A DNA stretch of 61,971 nucleotides, counting the filler, from Actinomycetota bacterium (GTDB lineage Bacteria > Actinomycetota > CADDZG01 > JAHWKV01 > JAOPZY01): assembly GCA_025963875.1 (NCBI GenBank). It is 5 parts of 5 records of this genome, joined end to end, with 100 filler letters (N's around TTAATTAATTAA, not from the genome) between each part and the next. Parts side by side here need not be neighbours in the genome. Positions count along the whole stretch, not along the records: positions 31,898 to 57,760 come from JAOPZY010000117.1; positions 57,861 to 61,971 come from JAOPZY010000064.1; 3 more parts are not named here. One strand, written 5' to 3'. A model generated the notes under the pieces. It worked only from the letters and a program-made list of their open reading frames with translations, searched no databases and was not told where the DNA came from. Shown here piece after piece: positions 55,421-61,971 of the stretch. Within the stretch, counting starts at the first letter, position 1. Every line of letters starts with the position of its first letter. Made by a program: the position numbers and the translations under genes.

Positions 55421-56950
55421 GTGACCCACTTCCCGCTGCTCACCGTCACGCTCCTGCTGCCGCTGGCCGGGGCCCTCGTCATCGGCGTCATCCCGAAGGA
55501 GGCGACGCGCCTCATCCGCGCCGCGGCCCTCGTCTCCACCCTCGTGACCTTCGTCGCCTCGCTGTTCATCGTCTTCCACTTCAACGCCTCGGTGGCCGGG
55601 CCCCAGCTCGAGGACCAGGCCCGCTGGATTCCCCAGGTGGGGGCGACGTTCCACCTCGGCATCGACGGCATCAGCCTCTGGCTCGTGATCCTGACGACGT
55701 TCCTGATGCCGGCCTCGGTGCTGGTCTCCCAGCACGTCGGCGAGAAGGTGAAGGCGTTCCACATCGTCCTCCTCGTGCTGGAGACCAGCCTCCTCGGCGT
55801 CTTCCTCTCCCTCGACCTGGCGCTCTTCTACGTCTTCTGGGAGGCGATGCTCGTCCCGATGTTCTTCCTCATCGGGATCTGGGGCTACGAACGCCGCCGG
55901 TACGCCGCCGTGAAGTTCTTCCTCTACACGCTGTCGGGGTCGCTCGTCATGCTGGTCGGGATCCTGTTCCTCTACTTCGTCGGCGGGCACTCCTTCGACA
56001 TCGCTTCCTTCAGCCACGTCCACTTCGCGAAGAGCACGCAGGCCTGGCTCTTCTGGGCCTTCTTCGCCTCATTCGCCATCAAGGTGCCGCTGTTCCCCCT
56101 GCACACCTGGCTCCCGGATGCCCACACCGAGGCGCCCACCGCCGGCAGCGTGCTCCTCGCCGGCGTCCTCCTCAAGATGGGGGCCTACGGGTTCCTGCGC
56201 TTCTCGATCCCGCTGTTCCCCGACGCCGCCCACCGCTTCGCCCCGGTCCTCGGGGTGCTGGCGGTGATCGGCATCCTCTACGGCGGGGCAGTCGCGGTGG
56301 TGCAGAAGGACCTGAAGCGCCTCGTCGCCTACTCGAGTGTCTCGCACCTCGGCTTCGTGGTGCTGGGCATCGCAGCCCTCACGACGACCGCCACCACCGG
56401 CAGCGTCCTGCAGATGGTCAACCACGGGCTGTCGACCGGGGCGCTGTTCCTCCTGGTCGGGATGCTGTACGACCGCGCCCACACCCGCCAGATCGCCGAC
56501 TTCGGGGGCCTTGCCGCGGTCCTCCCCGTCTATGGCGGGCTGTTCCTCTTCGTGTGCCTGAGCTCCCTCGGCCTGCCGGGCCTGAACGGCTTCGTCGGCG
56601 AGTTCCTGATCCTCAACGGCTCGTTCCCGGTGCTCAGGGTTCTGACGATCCTGGGCTCCGGCGGGGTGGTCCTCTCCGCGATCTACCTGCTCTGGGCCTA
56701 CCAACGCGTGTTCCAGGGGCAGCCCAAGGTGCCGCACGCCGAGCGCCAGAGCCTGTGGAAGGACCTCTCGTTCCGTGAGCTGGCCGCCGTCGTGCCGCTG
56801 CTGGTCATGACGGTGGTGATCGGCGTCTACCCGCGCCCGTTCCTCCGGCGCATCGAGCCCTCGGTGCGGGAGGCCATCCACGGGGCGGCGAACGCCGCGA
56901 CGCCGTCTGGCTCGTCAAGCGCGAGCGGGTTCAAGGGAGCCAAGCCGTGA
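55421..56950 (+). CDS. nuoM: NADH-quinone oxidoreductase subunit M
   Basis: FYVFWE, K.PLFPLHTWLPDAHTEAP, AYSSVSH.G, GLPGLNGFVGEF. Confidence 0.97.
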   Translation: MTHFPLLTVTLLLPLAGALVIGVIPKEATRLIRAAALVSTLVTFVASLFIVFHFNASVAGPQLEDQARWIPQVGATFHLGIDGISLWLVILTTFLMPASVLVSQHVGEKVKAFHIVLLVLETSLLGVFLSLDLALFYVFWEAMLVPMFFLIGIWGYERRRYAAVKFFLYTLSGSLVMLVGILFLYFVGGHSFDIASFSHVHFAKSTQAWLFWAFFASFAIKVPLFPLHTWLPDAHTEAPTAGSVLLAGVLLKMGAYGFLRFSIPLFPDAAHRFAPVLGVLAVIGILYGGAVAVVQKDLKRLVAYSSVSHLGFVVLGIAALTTTATTGSVLQMVNHGLSTGALFLLVGMLYDRAHTRQIADFGGLAAVLPVYGGLFLFVCLSSLGLPGLNGFVGEFLILNGSFPVLRVLTILGSGGVVLSAIYLLWAYQRVFQGQPKVPHAERQSLWKDLSFRELAAVVPLLVMTVVIGVYPRPFLRRIEPSVREAIHGAANAATPSGSSSASGFKGAKP

Positions 56951-57760
56951 GCCCCGTCCACAACGCCGTCCCGGGCGCCGACCTCCGGGCGGTCCTGCCC
57001 GAGGGCATCCTGGCGGCGGGCGGCATGGTGATCCTGCTCGTCGGCGCCAGCCTGAAGAAGCGGCGGCCCGGGATGCTGGCCGGCGCCACGATCGTGATCC
57101 TGGCCCTGGCCGCCGGCGCGGCGCTGCTCGGGATCGGCCACTACCGGTTCGCCTTCGACGACCGGATCGCCCTCGACGGCTTCGCCACCTTCACCAAGGT
57201 GCTGCTCTGCGCCGCCGCCGCCGTGGCCGTCATCGCCGCCCAGTCCTTCCTCAAACAGGAGGACGCCCCCCAGCCGGAGCTCTTCGCGCTTGTCCTCTTC
57301 GCCACGATCGGCATGATGCTCATGGCGTCCACCGCCGACCTGCTCCTGCTCTTCGTGGCGCTGGAGACCTTCTCGCTCGCCTTCTACGTGCTTGCGGCGT
57401 TCCGGCGTGGCCGGCGCGACTCGCAGGAGGCCTCGCTCAAGTACTTCCTCACGGGCTCGTTCGCCTCGGCCTTCCTGCTCTACGGCGTCGCCCTCTGCTA
57501 CGGGGCGCTCGGCACGACCCGGTTCCCCGGGGTGGCGACCCTGGTGGCGGCCTCCAGCGGGCCGGTGCGTGGGCTGCTGCCGGCGGGTCTCGCCCTCGTC
57601 CTGGTCGGGCTGGCGTTCAAGGCGGCGGCGGTGCCGTTCCACATGTGGACCCCCGACGTCTACGACGGCGCCCCGGCCCCGCTCTCGGGCTTCCTCGCCG
57701 CCGGCTCCAAGATCGCCGCCTACGCGGCGGCGCTCCGCCTGCTGACCAGCGCCTTCCCGC
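56947..57760 (+). CDS. nuoN: NADH-quinone oxidoreductase subunit N, truncated by gap
   Basis: EASLKYF, FK.AAVPFHMWTPDVY.GAP. Confidence 0.96.
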
Positions 57761-57860
57761 NNNNNNNNNNNNNNNNNNNNNNNNNNNNNNNNNNNNNNNN
57801 NNNNTTAATTAATTAANNNNNNNNNNNNNNNNNNNNNNNNNNNNNNNNNNNNNNNNNNNN
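57761..57860. other. Artificial contig linker
   Basis: N-TTAATTAATTAA-N. Confidence 0.99.
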
Positions 57861-58782
57861 CGGGGACCAGGCCGCGCTCGCGGAGTATCTCCCGCAGCCG
57901 CTCGAGGTCTGCGCGGGGGAGCCGCTCCGGGGATGGCGGGACCGGGGGGGTGCCGAACGTCGATGCGAGGTCGACCGCGGCGTGCCGGGCCATGGCGAAC
58001 GTGAGGCGCGCCTCGCCGCTGGGGATGCTCTCGATGCCGGTGAGCACGAGCGAGCACGCGTCGAGGATCACCGTCAGCGCGGCGACCCAGGACTGGTTGT
58101 CGTGCTGGGACCGGAAGTAGCCGAGGACCGGATAGGACAGGTGGCTCTCGAGCAGCTCGGCGGCCCACAGCTCCCAGTCGCGCAGGAATTGCGGCCCCGT
58201 TACCGAGTACGACGTGCCACGCCGTCCCAGGAGCTCGCCCGCCGACGGCGGCGATCCCGCTCGCTCGTCGAGCATCGAGATCCGGACCTCCCGGCGGGAG
58301 AACCCTTGGTAGAGCAGCGGCAGGTAGCCGATGACGAGGGCCAGGAACGCGAAGCCCGCGCCCGATTCGACGACGGTGACCATCCTGGCAAAGGAGTTCG
58401 CCGGCGTGACGTCGCCCAGACCGAGGGTGAAGAAGGTGCTCCCGCTCAGATAGAGCAAGGTGGCGAAGCTGCCGGAGCCCGGGGGGCGGGCGCGGCCAGC
58501 GCCCAGCTGCAGGAGCGCGAAGCCGAATATCATGCCCGTCGCCCAGACCGCCACGAGAAACAGCAGCGAGAGCGGGCCGTAGAAGCTCAGAAAGTTCTCG
58601 TGCCGCTCCGGGTGCCGGAACATCCTCGACATCCGTCCCCAGATGCCCCACGTCGAGCGAAAATAGATCCGGGCGAGGCGGAGCCGGCGGGAGACGCGGC
58701 GCGGCAGGATCAGGGTCTCGAAGGCGTCCCAGAACACCACCAGGATGGTGAGGACGCCGAGGGCCTCCAGCAGGGCCCTCAC
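57861..58782 (-). CDS. Potassium channel family protein (Ion_trans_2), 3'-truncated
   Basis: Pore motif LY.SG.TFFTLGLGDV.P; ESHLSYP.L.YFRS. Confidence 0.88.
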
Positions 58783-58788
58783 CTGCAG

Positions 58789-59328
58789 TCAGCGCTGTGC
58801 GGGTGTTGGACTGCCGGACGTGTCCAGGTGGTCCTGGATCTTCGCCAGGACGCCGGCGAAGGCTTTCCTCTCGGACTCCGAAAGGCAGGCGAGGAGATCG
58901 CACATGCCCTGGAAGTGCTCGGGCATGAGGCGGTCGAGGATGGTCCGCCCCTCGTCGGTCAACTCGATGAGCAGCATCCGCCGGTCCTTGGGGTGGGGAG
59001 TGCGGCGCACCAGGCGCTGGCGCTCCAGCGAGTCGAGGAGGCCGGTCACGGTGCCGCGGGTCACCGAGAGCTGCTCGCCGATGTCGCAGGGAGACAGCGA
59101 ACCCCCGGCACGGAAGAGCTCGAGCAGCACGTTGAAGGTGGCCGTCGAGAGGCCATAGGGCCGGAGGCGGTTGTTCATCCTCCCTGCCAGGAGCCCCTCA
59201 ATCCGTTGCAGGCTCTGGACGCAGTCGGCGGAGGTGTGGCCCGCGATGCCGTGGTCCCCCTTCGCGGATGGCGATGGCGTCAAGGCGTGGCGCAATTGGG
59301 GCAAAGAAGAGATCTGCTGTGACTCCAT
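58789..59328 (-). CDS. MarR family transcriptional regulator
   Basis: VTRGTVTGLLDSLE...LV.R.PHP.DRR..LIELT.EG. Confidence 0.92.
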   Translation of the reverse strand: MESQQISSLPQLRHALTPSPSAKGDHGIAGHTSADCVQSLQRIEGLLAGRMNNRLRPYGLSTATFNVLLELFRAGGSLSPCDIGEQLSVTRGTVTGLLDSLERQRLVRRTPHPKDRRMLLIELTDEGRTILDRLMPEHFQGMCDLLACLSESERKAFAGVLAKIQDHLDTSGSPTPAQR

Positions 59329-59449
59329 GGCGATCGGCTCCCCGGGTAGCCTCGTCGAGCCGCGCCGACCTGGCGCGTGAGGCAGCCTCCTCCAGATTAC
59401 GCCGACCATTGTTGGAGTGGCAATGTGAGGACCCGATGCAGCGGCCCTG

Positions 59450-60430
59450 TTACGGCGCGAGCGCCTCACGCAGGTTGTTCGGCAGGCAGGGATGCCGCAG
59501 CTTCGACAGGGCCTTGGCCTCGATCTGGCGGATGCGCTCCCGGGTGAGGGCGAACTCCTTGCCGACCTCCTCCAGTGTGCACGCCTGCCCGGTGAGCAGG
59601 CCGAACCGCAGGGCCAGCACCTTCTTCTCCCGCTCGGTGAGCGCCCCGAGCATCCGGTGGAGGTCCTCCTGGCGCAGCGCGAGTGCCGCGGCCTCGAACG
59701 GCCCCTGGGCCTCGGTGTCCTGGATGAAGTCTCCGAGCTCGGCGTCGTCCTCGCCGACCGGCTCGTGGATCGAAACCGGCTCGGGCAGCACGCGGAACGC
59801 CTCCCGGACCTTGTCCGGGTTCATGCCGGCCGCCACCGCTATCTCGTCGAGCGTGGGCTCCCTTCCCAGGGACTCGAGCAGGTCCGAACCCACGCGGCGG
59901 AGCTGCTGCAGCGTGTCCACCATGTGGACCGGGATCCGGATCGTCCGGGCCTTGTCGGCGATGGCTCGGGTGATGGCCTGGCGGATCCACCACGTGGCAT
60001 ACGTCGAGAACTTGAAGCCCCGCCGGTAGTCGAACTTCTCCACCGCTCGGATGAGGCCGAGGTTCCCCTCCTGGATCAGGTCGAGGAGGGGCAGTCCCGC
60101 CACGGAATAGCGACGGGCGATCGAGACGACCAGCCGGAGGTTGGACTGGATGAACTTCCGCTTGGCGGCGCGCCCCGAGGCGATGGCCTTCTGAAGGGTC
60201 TCCGCCTGGGTGGGGGTGGGCTTGCGTTTCTTGGGGGCGGCGAGGGTTGCCTCGGCCTCCTTCCCAGCCTCGATGGCCTTCGCCAGCTCCACCTCGTCGA
60301 CGTCGGTGAGGAGCGGGTAGCGTCCCATGGCGTCCAGGTAGAGGGCGAGTGGGTCGAGTTGATCCGGACCGCGGGTCCGCGAGAGCATGTCGTTTTTGCC
60401 CCTGGAGGCGATTTTTGCGTTTTGGCTCAT
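59450..60430 (-). CDS. Sigma-70 factor, RpoD/SigA-like lacking region 1.1 (group 2-like)
   Basis: [66 protein letters not shown]. Confidence 0.95.
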   Translation of the reverse strand: MSQNAKIASRGKNDMLSRTRGPDQLDPLALYLDAMGRYPLLTDVDEVELAKAIEAGKEAEATLAAPKKRKPTPTQAETLQKAIASGRAAKRKFIQSNLRLVVSIARRYSVAGLPLLDLIQEGNLGLIRAVEKFDYRRGFKFSTYATWWIRQAITRAIADKARTIRIPVHMVDTLQQLRRVGSDLLESLGREPTLDEIAVAAGMNPDKVREAFRVLPEPVSIHEPVGEDDAELGDFIQDTEAQGPFEAAALALRQEDLHRMLGALTEREKKVLALRFGLLTGQACTLEEVGKEFALTRERIRQIEAKALSKLRHPCLPNNLREALAP

Positions 60431-60559
60431 TTCTAACCTACCGATTTTCGCGAGGTGATGCCCCCGGCCGGGGGGGGCGTGGTCTCTTAACCATACACTT
60501 AACACCGCACTCGGGACCACAATCGACCTGCTCCCGCGCCTTTTGCCCAAGGAGGCACC

Positions 60560-61480
60560 CTGCAAACATCCCAGCAGCTTTTTGACCAATGGAGGACCGA
60601 TCTCTCCGGCTGGGGGGTCCCCGAGGCCATCCTGGCTGCGGCCCCCGAGGAGCCGTGGGTCTTCCCGAAAGGCGTCTTCGCCGGACGGGCGAGGCGCCAG
60701 GTCGTCGACCGGGCGGGGCCTTCGTACCGCCGGGCGGCGGAGGCCCTCCCGGTGGGCGGCTCGGTCATCGACGTCGGCTCGGGGGCCGGCGCAGCCTCGC
60801 TCCCGCTGGCCGCCAGGGCCTCCCGCATCACCGCGGTCGACACCGACCCGGCCATGCTCTCCTCGCTCGCTGCCATCGCAGCCGGGCTGGGCGCCGAGGA
60901 CGGCAAGGGTCGGGCGCCCGAGGCGCCCCTCAAGGCGCCGGATAAGACCCCCGAGGCGCCCCTCAAGGCGCCGGATAAGACCGAGGTGGTGACCGTGGCC
61001 GGCCGCTGGCCCGACGTGGCGGAGCGGGTTCCTGTCGCCGACGTCGTCGTCTGCCACCACGTCCTCTACAACGTCATGGAGCTGCGCCCCTTCGTGGAGG
61101 CGTTGAGTGAGCACGCCCGGGTGCGGGTGGTCGTCGAAATGACCGAGCGCCACCCGGTGGTGCCGATGAACCCCCTCTGGCGGCGCTTCCACGGCCTCGA
61201 GCGCCCGGAGGGACCGACGTGGGAGGACGCCGTGGCGGCCATCTCCTCGCTCGGCCATGACGTCAAGGTGGAGCGGTGGGACGCGGCGCCCCTGCACACC
61301 TACGAGTCCTTCGACGAGATGGTGGCCTATCACCGCCGGCGCCTGTGCCTGCCGTCCTCGTCAGATCCGGAGGTCGCGGCTGCGCTGGAAGAGCTGGGGG
61401 CGGATCCCGCCAACCCGGTGGGGCTGGGGCGTGGCCGCCCGCTCATGACGCTGTGGTGGGCCGGAACGGGAGCGGGCTAG
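60560..61480 (+). CDS. Class I SAM-dependent methyltransferase, probable CTG start
   Basis: [21 protein letters not shown]; protein-like frame extends 64 codons upstream of GTG 60752 to a CTG after AAGGAGG. Confidence 0.85.
   Translation: MQTSQQLFDQWRTDLSGWGVPEAILAAAPEEPWVFPKGVFAGRARRQVVDRAGPSYRRAAEALPVGGSVIDVGSGAGAASLPLAARASRITAVDTDPAMLSSLAAIAAGLGAEDGKGRAPEAPLKAPDKTPEAPLKAPDKTEVVTVAGRWPDVAERVPVADVVVCHHVLYNVMELRPFVEALSEHARVRVVVEMTERHPVVPMNPLWRRFHGLERPEGPTWEDAVAAISSLGHDVKVERWDAAPLHTYESFDEMVAYHRRRLCLPSSSDPEVAAALEELGADPANPVGLGRGRPLMTLWWAGTGAG
60917..60982 (+). repeat. Exact 33-bp tandem duplication ([11 protein letters not shown] x2)
   Basis: CCCGAGGCGCCCCTCAAGGCGCCGGATAAGACC twice. Confidence 0.95.
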
Positions 61481-61543
61481 AAAGGTACAGAGAAGTCCGG
61501 AATTTTTCGCGTGTATGCACGCGATTCTTTCCGGACTTCGGCT

Positions 61544-61814
61544 TCACCCCACGGTTCTCGGAGCGGGACCGGTCGTGACGACCACGGTTCCCGCGATCCG
61601 GTCGTGCCAGGCCTGGCCGCGGGGGTCCCGGGCTGCCCAGGCGAAGCCGAGGCCGAGCGGCAGGGCGGATGGGTTCGGTGCCGGTCGGAACAGTCGGGGC
61701 GCGCAACTCGGCAAGGCCGTGGCCGCAGCTGTGGCAGAAGTAGATCCGGTCCCCGCCGCGCAGAGACAGCGGCATGCCACAGTCGGTGCAGAAATTAAGC
61801 TGACGGACCGCCAC
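61544..61814 (-). pseudogene. Degenerate zinc-ribbon/RDD family gene
   Basis: FCTDCG...FCHSCG in one frame; RDD C-terminal LGFAWAARDPRGQAWHDRIAGTVVV in another. Confidence 0.65.
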
Positions 61815-61971
61815 AGGATTCGCCTTTCGCCACCGTCTCTCCTTATTGTCGACGGATGGCCGCATAGGCTTGAGCCCGAATGAGTCAACCGAGTTCGCCG
61901 ACGCAGCGCTCCGCACGCACCGCCCTGGCCGTCCAAGCCGGCCGGCTCGCCGGGCGCGTCTCGCGCCGGGC

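Noticed and set aside
58405..58440. GLG instead of GYG in the K+ channel filter
   Set aside because: TLGLGD/TLGFGD variants are common in this channel family.

Overview
High-GC actinobacterial DNA (Bpa proteasome activator, MenJ next to nuoA, RepSA-type AICE, SepX/GlpR-like gene), probably from a draft or metagenome assembly of a deep-branching lineage. The window is five contigs (1-11580, 11681-27755, 27856-31797, 31898-57760, 57861-61971) joined by artificial N-TTAATTAATTAA-N linkers, so adjacency across linkers carries no meaning. Contig 1 is an accessory redox/stress cluster (cNMP-TrxB, SDR, TetR, hydrolase, tautomerase, CMD, patatin, TrpB2, MarR, USP) with IS remnants. Contig 2 is the conserved mtaP-fmdB-DGC-galU-moaC...sepX/glpR-tRNA-Ala locus, carrying a single-chain Panacea-antitoxin/RelE-like fusion gene, a translin homologue, tandem NrdR-box-like sites and an AICE integrated at tRNA-Ala(CGC). 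Contig 3 has an XRE-PBP regulator, GNAT, a short YchF-like ATPase, bpa and the start of a tnpB. Contig 4 has a System I*-type ccm operon, menJ and a nuoA-N operon with an extra 4-TM gene and a palindromic insert. Contig 5 has a K+ channel, MarR, a sigma-70 factor and a methyltransferase that appears to start at CTG. Best novelty candidates: the Panacea-toxin fusion, the NrdR-like boxes before the divisome gene, a C2H2 zinc-finger microprotein in the AICE, and the extra gene inside nuo. All family calls come from motif recognition by eye; no database searches were run.
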